From Podarcis vaucheri (taxonomy: Eukaryota), in NCBI GenBank assembly GCA_965113315.1, contig OZ220379.1: DNA of 64,000 bases; one strand, 5' to 3'. The first letter of the stretch is position 1. Every line of letters begins with the position of its first letter. The notes below the pieces were generated by a model, which saw nothing but the letters and a program-made list of their open reading frames with translations, ran no database searches and was not told the DNA's origin. Below, one piece after another: positions 1 through 31,339 of this stretch. The position numbers and the translations under genes were made by a program.

Positions 1-422
1 CTCCTTGCATTTAGAGTAATTGTATCTTTTTTTGGTATTATTGCAATTGCAGTATTTCTATAATACTTTTAAAAACAACAACAATGAACAGCTATATGAC
101 TGCAATTGTCTTAAAAATTACTCCAGATCTGGTGAAAAAGACAATACAGAAAACACTAGATTGATGCAGTTTAGCAGCAACATCGTTTGGATTCTCTCTA
201 AAAGCCAAATGAACAAATGATGTCCATTCTGAAGAAAGAGGCTATTACAGCATCCTTGGAAATTTCAATTCAGTTCCTAATACCATGAATTAAAATGATT
301 GTGTGTAGAAGATTCTCAGAAAGAAACCCCGAATAATAGTTGCCAGGACAATTATCCCTGTCTGCTAAGTTATAAACTATTACATTTATCCCTGAGTAAT
401 ACAAAGAACCCTGCTAATGTCA

Positions 423-18481
<18,059 letters not shown>

Positions 18482-18719
18482 GATGTTTTCTGGTCAAATG
18501 TTTGGCTGCCTGAAAGCAAAACAAAACAAGCCCAAGTCTTCAGACAGCTCTGATAGTGATGTTAATTGCTTACAATAATCTTTCAGATGTCACATAAATT
18601 TACTCAGAAAGACTTGTAATGAGAAATTTCCTATCTTTCTATATTTATTTAAATTTTGAGTCATTCTGTAATGAGTGTAATTAGAATTGGAAAATGTAAA
18701 AAATGCAAAGATATAAAGG

Positions 18720-19330
18720 TTAATTTTGAAAGCCATGAGGCGGGAGGGAAGGAAGTTGACAGGCTCTAAGAGCCAGGGCAGTATAGTGGATAACGACGAT
18801 GTGAATGTATAATATTAAATGGAAAATAAACAAAAATTATATATATATATGTGGAAAGCAAAACAATTCCTTAAAGAACACGCAACGCTGCAATCTCCAC
18901 CCCTGCGGCCTCCTTTTCTCAGAGCTGGATATTGGGTGCTGTGGACCCACAGAGGGTGCGCGAAATGGAGAAGAACCACAACCATTTTGGAGCGCCCAAT
19001 GTCCGCCATATTGCAAAAGGTGACCAAAGTTCTCCTTTTCTCTTCTTGCACACGGGAACAAGAGCAGCGCTTCTCCCACCCCGTCCCCTGGGATGACCGA
19101 ATGAAATCTCCTTGTTCCGATTCGTATTACTGAGAGAAATAGTGGAGCGTATACCCTTTGCGGTCTTTTGAAAAGGGACCTTCATATCATCGCCTCACCC
19201 CTTTTCCTCCTTAGCACAAATGGGTGGGTGAATTTCCTCACAGCGAACGAATAAAAATTAGGCCCCAGCGTGCTCTTTTTCTTTATTAACTAGTCAAAAA
19301 GGCCAACAGGGGGCTTCTGAGCCACCTTGA
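18720..19330 (-). promoter_or_regulatory. Putative SHOC1 promoter / non-coding first exon region
   Basis: Local CpG enrichment upstream of the ATG exon; YY1-like CAATATGGCGGAC (minus, 19001-19013); GGCGGGAG E2F-type motif (18739-18746); candidate donor G|GTGAGG near 19198. Confidence 0.5.
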
Positions 19331-19435
19331 AGCCTCCCTCACACCAGGCAAGAACGTGTTGTCTTAAATTAAGTGGGATTTGAAAGCAGAAGCCATTTTA
19401 TTTTTTTGACCGTAAACTGGGAGCTCATCCACTGG

Positions 19436-19526
19436 GAGTTCAACCAGGTAAATGTTAGAGCCTGAAGGAAATTCCCTCAGCAGAGGGATTTTTTCTTCTT
19501 CTTCTAGAAGGGGAAGAGGGATTTTG

Positions 19527-19566
<40 letters not shown>

Positions 19567-19674
19567 GGTTATCTGTTGCACCTGAGTTCAACCAGGTAAA
19601 TGTTAGAGCCTGAAGGAAATTCCCTCAGCAGAGGGATTTTTTCTTCTTCTTCTAGAAGGGGAAGAGGGATTTTG

Positions 19675-19714
<40 letters not shown>

Positions 19715-19822
19715 GGTTATCTGTTGCACCTGAGTTCAACCAGGTAAATGTTAGAGCCTGAAGGAAATTCCCTCAGCAGAGGGATTTTTTCTTCTTCTTC
19801 TAGAAGGGGAAGAGGGATTTTG

Positions 19823-19862
<40 letters not shown>

Positions 19863-19973
19863 GGTTATCTGTTGCACCTGAGTTCAACCAGGTAAATGTT
19901 AGAGCCTGAAGGAAATTTCCCTCAGCAGAGGGATTTTTTTTCTTCTTCTTCTAGAAGGGGAAGAGGGATTTTG

Positions 19974-20010
<37 letters not shown>

Positions 20011-20121
20011 GGTTATCTGTTGCACCTGAGTTCAACCAGGTAAATGTTAGAGCCTGAAGGAAATTTCCCTCAGCAGAGGGATTTTTTTTCTTCTTCTTCT
20101 AGAAGGGGAAGAGGGATTTTG

Positions 20122-20161
<40 letters not shown>

Positions 20162-20303
20162 GGTTATCTGTTGCACCTGAGTTCAACCAGGTAAATGTTA
20201 GAGCCTGAAGGAAATTTCCCTCAGCAGAGGGATTTTTTTTCTTCTTCTTCTAGAAGGGGAAGAGGGATTTTGTTTATTATTATTATTATTATTATTATTA
20301 GGT
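19436..20303. repeat. Tandem repeat, 6 copies of ~148-bp unit containing a (TTA)n tract
   Basis: Unit starts at 19436, 19584, 19732, 19880, 20028, 20179. Confidence 0.97.
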
Positions 20304-20370
20304 GAAAATTCTCAGGAAGCAACACAAGGTGGAAATGGCCTGGTCAAGACAGCTGGCCAATACTTGCAGA

Positions 20371-21081
20371 CAGAGCCGGATTTACGTATTAGCTAAAAAA
20401 GCTATAGCTTAGGACTCCACTCCCTTGGGGCCCCCCAAAAAAAATTTAAAGGGGGAGGGGAAACTGGATGTACATTTCCAAAATATAAGATAAAAAAGCA
20501 AATAAAATAAAACCTACATACAGCAACAGTGTTTTTTGTGTTGTTTAGGCTCCTATGATGTAAGGAATGGGCCCCGCCTGCTTGTATTAACTGCAATTGC
20601 ATTGTACAGGTTATAACACTTAATTCCATATTAAAAGAGCTATTTATAATTATTAGTACTTTGCACCATATATCACCTATTATTATTTCATGTTATAGCA
20701 AGTTTCTAGAGACTAGGTTATGAGTCTTTGTAAACTGTGTTTCTAAAGGAACTTTTGTTATTGCCAAATGCCAGTGTGTTTGCATTATTAAGTTTGTCCT
20801 GAATAAACAATAATTTTAAGTTAGTGCTTAATAATTATTTCACTATTAATATACTTCTTCTTAATTGTATTTCAGTTCAACAATTACTTTGATTAAATAC
20901 ATACTTTGTTATGTGCAAATGGCTTTAGATACCTAGTGTTAGGTCCATAAATTGCCATACAGCATATATTCAACACACAAAAAATAGCGACAATTTGCTG
21001 TTGGCAAAGGACAGCTGGACATATAAAAGGCCCCATTACCTTCAGTAGTTTAGGGCCTCATCAAACCTAAATCCGGCCCTG
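20371..21081. mobile_element. hAT non-autonomous element
   Basis: TIR CAGAGCCGGATTTA / TAAATCCGGCCCTG; TSD CTTGCAGA/CCTGCAGA. Confidence 0.85.
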
Positions 21082-23849
21082 CCTGCAGAGTGGTGCCAAA
21101 ATGCTTTCTGAGTAAAAAAAAATTATTCTGTAGTCCTATAATGCCAGAGGTTTGGCTTCTCTCTGTGCTCCTCAGCCAGTAGTCACATTTCACATCATAT
21201 GGCTTCTCTTAAAGGATCCTGGGAACTATCTGGCGAAGGACGCTGGGATTGTAGATCCATGAGGGGTAAACTACAGTTCCCAGGCCATGATTTTTTTTGG
21301 GGGGGGGGTCAGAAAAGGTCAAGGAAAACCAGGCTGTTTTCACTTGATTTGGCAATGGTCACTATTTAATGTTCCACACCAACTTGAAAATAATAGAGTA
21401 TATTCTACTTTATTATATGCTTGTATCTCACCAGTATACTGATATTTCTGTTTTTTGAGAGTTGCATAGGAATCACTAATGTTTTTGCAGAAACAGCCTC
21501 CATTAAATGTTTGTGCTCTTTTAAACAAAATAGCCTCACCGTTAACTCTTTCTGTCTCTACATGAACACAGTTGGGAAAGGGGCTGGCTTCCACTGTAGC
21601 ATTTATTATGATTTTAAAAGTAACCCCTCCAGTTTATTGAAATCCCAAAGCTTGGATCCAATTTACTGTTATAATTGCTATAAGCTTTTCCCACCAAGAA
21701 CCATCTGATCTGCTAAGGTGGCAGTGTTTAGATCAGAGGTACGGTACATGAGTTTGGTGCATTGCCTTTACAGAAACCATCAGGACTGCAGTGGAATTAA
21801 TTGGTATAACATAGATGTTCTGAAAGTGCCTTTAAAAAACAAAACAACTCTCTGGATTCCATAAATTAAAATTTTGTGTTGTTCCCTGCCTGCCTGTTGC
21901 CAGCACACAGAGATTCTCAGCATTGAGTACAATGAATGCAATAAAACAGACGGTGCAATCAGTAATTAGCCATGCATCACACCCGAATAGGCAGCCTCTG
22001 AACATACTTGGGAGTTCCTTGGCAAAAGAAAAGCAATAACGTCATCATGACATTGCCTGCATGGTACAAGGGAAGGAAGCCTCTGGGCATACGTAGAGTG
22101 CAAGATAAGTAACTGTACCTGTGATATGACAAGAAACTTGAATGATTTTATATTTTTGCAAGGAGTATGGTGGGTGTTGAAAGGGGGAGGTAGGAAGGAA
22201 ACGTAATGCACACTAGCCGCAGAGGACACATCCTCTGTGTGTACAGATGTTGTCTGCATAGCGTGCAGGTATGACACTTGCAAAGTGATGTCTATACAGT
22301 ATTTAAAACCCCAAACCACAGCAATTCAGAGGCCTTGGCAGCCTGCGGCAGGCCCTGCTCTCAGGGTTTACCGTCATTTCCCTACAACCACAATCTGCGG
22401 CCTGTACAGAGAAGTTAAGGAACGTTAATTATACACAAACTTTTTCTTTAATGAATGCTGTTCTTCTTTCCGTGGAAAGAGGAAGAAAATGGGGGGAAAG
22501 CCAGCATCTAGCACTCCTAACAGGTGTTTTTTTTTAATGGATTGCCTAATCTAAGTAAAAGTGTGCAGATTAGTTGCTGTTTTAGAAGTTTTCTTGACTC
22601 TTTTGTACTGTATATGACTCTTCCCCTCCCCCCCCCCGCACCACCACTCTTTCAGTGCACATTTATGTGTGGAATGGGGATTGTTGCATGGAGCATCATT
22701 CTTCCAGTGTATGTTTTCTTGGAGATAAATCTATTGAGTTCAGGAGCACTTATAAATAAATGCATGTTGGTATGCAGTCTTAAGTCTTTCAGGTGATTTA
22801 ATATCAATTGGATCATATGCATAATTTGTAATTTAGGACAAGCTTCTCAACAGATTTTACTGAGTGAAGATATCAGTACAAGATCTACTTTATCCCTATA
22901 AAGACATTGGGACTGATGGGAGAGCAGGATCCTCCCCTTTCCTGTGTTCCTGCCCAATTTTGCACATTATATATTATGTTTACATGGGTGCCAGCATGTT
23001 CAGAGCCCAGCTCAGGAAGATCCACGCCATTGGTATACTTTGGTTTTGTAGATCACGTGTAACAAATGCAGGCTCTGTGGGTTGGATGCAGATTAAATTG
23101 TTTGCACATAGGCTGTAATGCTAAACTCATTTATGTGGACTGGGAGGAAGCCCCATTGCATTTAGTGGTTAGGGTTGTGCTGTGAGTTCCCACCAAAACT
23201 CTTCACTCTTCACAACTGATTTCATTGCAGGCTCCTGTGCAAACATGTGATCATCAAGTGAGATCATGGACTGATTAGGTGGACCAGTTTGATCACAGTT
23301 CTGGACCACGTGCACATTGCGAACATCTGCATAAAGCCTTCCTTAGATGTGACAGCATATAGAGGACTTACGCCTGATTTGTTCCCTCGATTTGTATGTT
23401 GTCCTAATGCAAGTTAACCAGAACATCCACCGAAGCGTGAATATATGTAAATATTTTATGAGTAATTCATCATGTGCACAAACCAGGCTTAATACATCGA
23501 ATATAAAAGCAGATTAGTCTTCTGAGGCAACTCTGCAAAAAAAGCTGACTAACCATGCAGAAAAACAAAGCAAGTAGAACAAATATGATCTCAGCAATAT
23601 GCTTCACGGGTAGCATATATTCGTTCCTCTCGTAGGTAGTTTTTGCCTTACACTGTAATTCCTGACAATTATTACTAAATTATGCATAGCCTAATTGGTC
23701 CAAATATGAGAGCTCTTTGAAAGAAAGAAAAAAATAGATATAAGTGTGCACTGAGAAATAATTTAAAATATTTTAAAAAATATTTCCTGTTAAACTTTTT
23801 CATGTCAAATAGAGATTCTTAATTATTACAGCTCTCTTCATCTTTGTCA

Positions 23850-25340
23850 CTTTAGTTGTCACTGTCTTCCCAATTTCCACACAATATGTCACCTTCACTA
23901 CTAGCCGCTGAAATTAAAAGGCATCACTTTTTGAAGCCACAGATTCAGGAGGTATTCTTTCCCACGCAGTTAAAATCCAGTGGCATAGCAAATCCACCAA
24001 TGGTTTTTTAATTTTTATGCTCGGTGAGACGGCATTATTTCCTGACAAAAACAAATCAGAGTCCTTCCTTTGGAGAGCTTATTCACAACCGCATCAAGGG
24101 CTTGTAGCTGTGATGCCGTTCCACCTGGAACAACTACTCAATCTGATTTTGATTATCCATCTTCTTAACTTTGGGGGGAAGATGCCATCTAAATGCATAT
24201 ACCACTAGCATTGCCCCTCCTTTTTTACAGAATAGTCGCTATCCACCCTATTTTTGGGCATCCCACAACTGTTCTGGTGGGGAGTGTTTCTTTTGGAAGT
24301 ATTTTTCCTCTCAGTATAACATATTGCGATGAGTTGGCAGGGGAATAGGCTGCATGCCTGGGCCCTGCCTAATTCCTGGATCCAGCATGGATTCAGTTCC
24401 TGGAACAGGCGGGCTAGCTTCCTGGTGAGGTAATGTATGGGCCACTAAGGTAACAAAGGAAGTGGCTCTGTGCCAGATATCAAATGGGTGGGCCCTCCTC
24501 CCTCAACTCACTGGTAGGTAGAAAGACAAAGGTAGAGCAGACAGTTGAGTTATGTGAACTAGAAGCTGACAGGCTGGAGGCTGGACAGAGCTATGCTTGA
24601 TTTGTGTTGGGATTCATGGATGTGACTATGACGGAAGCAAATCCCTCTTGGGGTATTTATGCTGTGAAGACACCACAGCTTCTCCTGTCCAAAGTCTCTG
24701 TCCACAGTCTCTCTCATTCCAAAGGAAACACAAACCCTGTGTAACCCCTGGAATATCACACCCCTCGGAGATTGGGGTGGCATGCAACTATTACAGCTAA
24801 CACTGCTATAAGGTGCATTGCCGCCGCCCCCCTCGCCCATTCTTCATGGACAGATTCCACTCCTTTCTTTTTCATGATCATGCTGCTTGGCATATCAGAG
24901 AACATGGCATTTTCTAATTTCTAATTTGGCTAATATAATGGTTGCTTTTTCTCCTCAGGCCAAGGACATGCCGTTGGTATTGGACGAACATCTCACTGAA
25001 ACTGGAAGACAACCACTGAGCAAATGATGTCCCACATTTAAGTAAGAAGCCACTTCTTTGCGCAAATATCCCGGCACCAATTCAAATGCTTTGCAGCTGA
25101 TTGGCATTCCATTTTCTCTTTGTTCTTTTACAATGGAAAGTACACACTCATCAACCTCATAACGTCGACCACATTTAAGCCCTCGAAATGCTTTTTGCAT
25201 GGAGATGGGATTCTGATTTTTTTTCTTCTTTGATCTCCAATGACGCACATTCTTTTCATCAGCACTATATTTCCTTCCTGTTTCTCTATTGTTTGTCACT
25301 TCAGCATAGTTAATAACTGCCATTTTGAAATTTGTCACGT
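23850..25340 (-). pseudogene. Fossil pogo-family transposase (POGK/Passer-like): Brinker-like DBD, CENP-B HTH and DDE_1 pieces
   Basis: FKMAVINYAEVTNNRETGRKYSADEKNVRHWR; AFRGLKCGR; YVILRGKILP; MLVVYAFRWHL; VPGGTASQLQALDAVVNK; LLCHWILTAWERIP. Collinear, with stops, frameshifts and a ~500-bp interruption. Confidence 0.85.
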
Positions 25341-25849
25341 CTCAGCCCCCAACTGATAGATGTTTTCCCCTGACATGGACACCCATATTTTTACTATCTA
25401 AAAACACGTGCTACCTCACACGATGAATAACTCACCAGGCAACTAGTGCCACCTGTCAAGAATGATGGGTGATGCTTTTACAAAAACAACCGAAGTATAT
25501 CAAAGTTCTGCATGGTTCCTGAGTCCTCATCTTACATTACAGTTTCTCTACCTTTACTTTAGGCCACACTTAGGCTTTTACAAGCCAGAATTTTGGGGGG
25601 GAATGCAGCCTGTACAACAACTTCGGGAGAATAATTTAAAGTATTAAATATATTTTCTTAAGTACATTTCAGCTGTAGATTCACATGTATGCTTGTGTTT
25701 GTGCAAACTGTATGTGTCTTGCTCTGTTTTGTTTTTACTTTTGCACTGGTTTTATTAGCTCCATTTTTAAAATGGACTTTAAAATTGCATTTTGAGTCGC
25801 CTTGAGACACGCTATAGCTGTAATGATTACTGTCAAAGTACAACTTGGT

Positions 25850-26015
25850 TGTGCCAGGTTCAAATCCTTACTCAGCCATGAATTCACTAGGTGACCTTGG
25901 GCCAGTTGCCATCTCTTACAGGGTTGTTGTGGCCTGTTTCCCATGATGGTTGTGAAGGAGAACAATGTACACTGCCCTGAGCACCTTGAAGAAGGGCAGG
26001 ATAAAAACGTAATTA
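25850..26015 (+). mobile_element. MIR/Squam3-like tRNA SINE fragment
   Basis: GGTTCAAATCC B-box, GGTGACCTTGGGCCAG core, ACAGGGTTGTTGTG. Confidence 0.55.
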
Positions 26016-26108
26016 AATGCATGCACAAGATGAACAACAGTGGACAACATACCATAGGTTTTATGAGTTCGAAATGAAGGGATTGCATTTTTTTTCCTCT
26101 TCTCATAA

Positions 26109-26241
26109 TAAGGTTACCAGATTTTTTTCAGTGAATCCGGGGACACTTTTCAACTTCCTACTAAATCGATGAATTTTGTCAGGGAACTGATTTGTAAACC
26201 TGGGGACTGTCCCTGGGAAACGGGGACGTCTGGTAACCTTA
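26109..26241. mobile_element. hAT MITE (Blackjack/Tip100-like TIR)
   Basis: Perfect TIR TAAGGTTACCAGA; perfect 8-bp TSD TCTCATAA. Confidence 0.9.
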
Positions 26242-27835
26242 TCTCATAAACCAACTGAAACGAACATACAAGTCACTGGAAGGCAGCTCATACAGTCAAG
26301 AATCGTCACTTGTAGTGTGAAAGCTTTCAGAACCTCAGGTATTAAATTATTATACTATCATGAAGCTTTCCCTAGTATAATGCTTTGAGTATTAAGTGCA
26401 TTTCTGGGGAGTCTTCAATCTTGTAGATGCAGTATGCCTTATTCCTTGAAATATAACAGCTTTGATTACTTCCAGAAAGCTGCAGTTACCTATAATTTGA
26501 AGAGGGAAAAGAGTTTACTATGGATAACTACTATAGCTTTTCTGTTTCCGATGGCATTGACCTAGTAGGGGACAGATAACAGCTGTCTTGGGGTAGAACT
26601 AATATATTCTGGGATAAAAGCTGCAAAAAACTATGCTATGTTCATAGTCATTTCTTGAGCAGATTAGACTATTCACAAATCAGCAACTCTGGATTAGTCT
26701 CTTGAATTGTTTTTTTTAAAAAACCCAAACAGCAGCAGCACACCTTTGGGTGCAATTTTCATGATTGCGTGTGCCAAATTTCTGTGGATTTTATCTCCCT
26801 GTCTGCAGTTCTGTTAGCTGAACTGTCAAGTTTACTTTTTATGCTCAAGAGATTAAAAGTGGTTTGAAGTTCAGTGCTGAGGGTTGCAATCATGAAAATG
26901 GATGTTCAAAAGCATATTGTACATTATTGCCTCTTGTAGGGTTGCACCCCTTTAAGTCCAGAATGTTTCTTTTTCACAAACTCAAATGTCCGGTGTCTAG
27001 ATATGTGGTGTCATCTTAGTTGTGTTTTGTCCTGTAGAGCTTTAAAAGTCTAAGCAGCCCCCCCATTCACAAGACTGTCCATCCCCCCCCACCATAACAT
27101 TTGCTTGACTGTAATTGAATTTAATTAGTACAGTCCACTTTTAATTTCTTTATAGCAAAGCCTGCTGGCTCACTCTAAATATGGTGGGTGTGGGGTGAAA
27201 TGAGAAACACAAGACTCACAGCTGTTTTTGTCAGAATTATTTAATGTCAATGAAATGGTTTATAATAGAAGATACCTTGTTTTGTGACAAAATAGAACTT
27301 GGTGCGTTACTATCCTGACCTTTGCCTCATAACTTTGCGGAGAAATAGTGCCAACCATTCTCTTTTCCACAATGATATTGAATCATTCCCAATTAACAGT
27401 GTGAAGGACTAGCAAAGTCCGGTGTCTTCCAAAATGGCTTCCTACGCCAGACCCATTGGCTGTTTTTCAGTACTATCTTGCTTTGTAGCAGAAATCACAA
27501 TTCCAGATTTCCATTTTTAGGTTCTTCTGTGCAGTAAACAAAGGGCTGAAACTGCTGAAACTACCTGAAAGGTCGGACATCGGTGATTTGATCTTTTTGT
27601 CTCTTTAAACTTGCATAAAAAGCAGTCAATGGGAACTCTAATCTAGATTGGGGCTATTGTTTGGGGGAGGAGAGTTAATTCTCTCCTCAGCTGCTGTTTG
27701 TCCTGTTAAAGCAAAGTTCTGTTCAGACACCAGGGAAGTAATGAAGATACCGAAACACAGGTGTAAAGTATTCCTAGCAAACTACCTTCTCAAAATGTCT
27801 CCTAATACTGTAGTGTTCAAGGGCAGTTCTACACT

Positions 27836-27899
27836 AGAATCATAGAATCATAGAGTTGGAAGAGACCACAAGGGCCATCGAGTCCAACCCCCTGCCAAG
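27836..27899 (-). mobile_element. CR1 LINE 3' end fragment
   Basis: (TTCTATGA)n-type tail on minus; GGGTTGGACTCGATGGCC motif. Confidence 0.7.
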
Positions 27900-28500
27900 A
27901 ATTCTATGTTAAGTTTTAGACAGATCTAGCTTAAGTTTTTGTGATAACTAGGTTTCAGTGTAATGTGCATCAAATATGACCTACACATATAAACTTTTAT
28001 TATCACCACTATACACTATAAGCAAACTTTTTTTTAATCTCTTGTGCTTACAGCGATAAATAAACATGCAAATGTCATTAGCGTTAGAATGCTTTTTGCT
28101 TTGTTCGTATCAATTGCTGTATAATACTAAATTTCTGGAATGCTGTCCAGGCTTCAGTGAGCTTGCTAATCCCTCTTTTTCATTAAATCAGTATTAGCAG
28201 AGACAATGGCGTGTCCTATTGTCTTCTCTTTTCCACATTGCAGTAAGATATCTTATGTAGATACATGAATTCCAATGAGCTCTGTCCTCTTTGTATTAAT
28301 AAAAAAAGACCTACTGCTCTGACACGTTCTTTGGTCTGGCTGATTTTATCTTAAGCTGAAGTCTCCTGATATGATCACTTATCACTTGGGCAGCATCTTG
28401 ATGTCTGGAAATTGATTTTCCAGATCTGCATAAGCTTTTACTGCTGTTTCCTCATTGCTGCTGTTAGTGAAGTGGTAGACATACCTATGGAAGTGTAGGG

Positions 28501-28765
28501 CAGGGGTCGGCAAGGTTTACCTCACATGGGCCGGTTCACTCCAGCGGAGATCCCTCCGCGGGCCAGATCTCGTGCGTGCATGTGATTTCCAGAGTCTGCG
28601 CAGATGCGATTTCTGGCACCGCGGAAGCAAGTCCCCACACTGTGCTGTGCCGGTTTAGCACAGCAGACGGGGACTTGCGGAGTAGCTTGGTAGCTCGGTT
28701 CGGGGGCAGGTTAAATGACCCCGTGGGCTGCTTGTGGCTCGTGAACCTTAGGTTGCCGATCCCTG
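28501..28765. mobile_element. hAT MITE
   Basis: TIR CAGGGGTCGGCAA / TTGCCGATCCCTG; perfect TSD GTGTAGGG. Confidence 0.9.
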
Positions 28766-30161
28766 GTGTAGGGCAACAAACTGGGGAAAAGACAGAGCAG
28801 GAGGGAATCCCTACAGACATAGGAGATCTCAAGCATGCTGGAAAATTCTGGGTTGTTATTTTTAAGCTGTGCTCCCCTAAAGCAGCAGGGCACACAGGCA
28901 ACTACCGGTAATGTCCACTGCTCTCATGCTATCTGCAGATGATGGCAGGGGAAGCAAACAGCTTGTGGCAATTACCGTAAGATGGTTGCTATTTTCAGGT
29001 GGGATTCAATCACATGCTGGCAAATTCAGGTTGCGCAATTAAGGTTGGTTTGGCCCTCTCGTGCCACAAAACTTCCCCCTCCTCCCCAAAACATACCCAC
29101 ACACATTTTGTGTAAGGAAAGTGACAGGAAAATGCACTGGCAAGTGTGGGGGTAATAATTGCTTTGACATAATGCCATCTCACCTCCCTAACAACAAATG
29201 AGAATGAATGCTCCTTCATTGACAAATAATCTCTCTGCCATCCTGTCAGGATGTCTGGTTCCCTAAAGGTTGTCTGGTTCCCTAAAACAAAATTCAGGAA
29301 TCGAGAATTGAGTATCGCCTCTAACAGAAGAGTTCTTACATTCAGAATGCCTTAGGCGTAATAATAGAAAAACTGGAGTGCTTTTGCAAATAATTTGTTT
29401 TGAAGCCTCCCTTTTTTCTGCATTGCAATGTTGTTGTCGTTTAAAAAAAACCAAGCAAAAAAAAGTCCCCCTCTATTTTAAATTGACCCCTTAAGCTGTT
29501 ATTTACTTTGTGGGGTGGGGCAGATGATATCTGGACGATATCTATTGTTTGTAGTATTTATTCCCCACCTTTCAATTTAATATTTCACCTATGCAGCTTG
29601 TAATAGGCTATGAAATGGTTTGCAGATAACACTAAGTCAAATTATGGTTCAGAGGGAACATGCAGGTCCCCAAAGAAAATATTGTCACCACTGAGTTCCT
29701 CCCCTAGTCCTGCTGCTTTTGCTGCAGTGAGCTAAGGCATGGTTTGACTCAGGGGCTTGTGCAACTCTGGACAAAGCAAAGTTAGTTCTCTGGTTTATAG
29801 ATCATGGTTTGTCTGGAGGAGACAAACCATGAACCTGGGTTTGGGAGTGGCTCTCCTGGTCAGTCAGAGCCACAGTGAGCTTCCCAGCAGCACCAGCAGC
29901 ATCACTGCCACCTCCTGGGAGAAGCAAGCTAACAGCAGTGAGGTTGGGGCTGTGCAAATGCACAGTTGGGCTGCCCAGAGGGTACTGCTGTGGCTCCGCC
30001 CCACTAGGTGAGTTGCTCCTGGATATAAATATAATAATGAATAAATAATACCATTTCTGGGGTCAAAGCAGTTGACAGAGAAGAAATGCAAAGAAAAACA
30101 TACACAAGAATAGAATGGATGAGTGTAGATATATTCATAGTTATTTAGTTTGGTAGTTGGC

Positions 30162-30162
<1 letters not shown>

Positions 30163-30207
<45 letters not shown>
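30163..30207. repeat. (ATT)n microsatellite
   Basis: Direct read. Confidence 0.95.
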
Positions 30208-30230
30208 TTGGATTTGCTAGTCATCCTTCA

Positions 30231-30447
30231 GGGACGCGGGTGGCGTTGTGGTCTAAACCACAGAGCCTAGGGCTTGCCGATCAGAAGGTTGGCGGTTCGA
30301 ATCCCCGCGACAGTGTGAGCTCCCGTTGCTCGGTCCCTGCTCCTGCTAACCTAGCAGTTCAAAAGCACATCAAAGTGCAAGTAGATAAATAGGTACCGCT
30401 CCGGCGGGAAGGTAAACAGCATTTCCGTGCACTGCTCTGGTTCGCCA
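30231..30447 (+). mobile_element. Sauria SINE, 3'-truncated
   Basis: GGGACGCGGGTGGCG head plus core. Confidence 0.85.
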
Positions 30448-31339
30448 TGCTAAAAGTCCATGCTAAATGCAAACCTCAGAAGATGTGATTTTCTTGAAAA
30501 TTATTTATTAAAGAAGTGTACTAAGAGAAGGGGCATAGTGGGGGAGTGTCAGAGGGGCCCCCGGCCCTGGGCGTAGACTTTTGAGGGGGCACAAAGCTGG
30601 CACCCCCAGGCAGGTGTAATGGGAAACCAAGGCTCATAGAGAGGAGCATCTGGCTAGGCTGCACTGGGGACGCTGTTGTGGGAGCACCTGGTTCACACCT
30701 GCTGTGCCAGCTGGCCGAGTTCCCCCTGTATGGGCAGGCAGAAGATGCAGTGGAGCCCTGCTTTGCTCCGGTGCGGGGCGCTGTCACTCCATCGATGTCA
30801 GCGGTGGGAGCTGAGGTGCTGCAATGGGCTCCTTCACCCTGTGCACACACACCCTGGTGTATGTGCCTTCCCCCCCCCCCAAGTGCCCTGGGCACCATGA
30901 GCTTACTCAGTGTTGCTGACTAAGAGGACCTTTAAAGAAAAAAATAATTGGGATAAATAGTATTTCTAAAGTGCGGTAGAATAATGGGAAGAAGAACGGA
31001 AGCCCATAAGCATTATTATGTCAGTTTAACAGCTTGGAAGCCTTTATAGGTAGATATAGCATCTGCTTTATACAGTATGTAGGAACAAGCTTTAGGTTGT
31101 TTTCAGAAGTGATGCAGAAATAGATTGTTTTATTGAAGTTTGTTTTAAACAAATCCTTCTTATCATTTATCATGAAGAAAAGGAGCCAGTGTCAGCCTTG
31201 GCTCACACAGCAGTGCAGTTGAGAGAAGCAGTTTGGAAGCTTTCACTTTCATTTTCAATTCGCTGCAGCTTGCATTTCGTCTCAACCTGACAAATTGTGA
31301 TTAAGCTTAACCATGCATTGTTTGAAACAATATGCTTTC

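Noticed and set aside
19436-20303. CRISPR-like array
   Set aside because: Eukaryotic DNA with no unique spacers; head-to-tail tandem repeat
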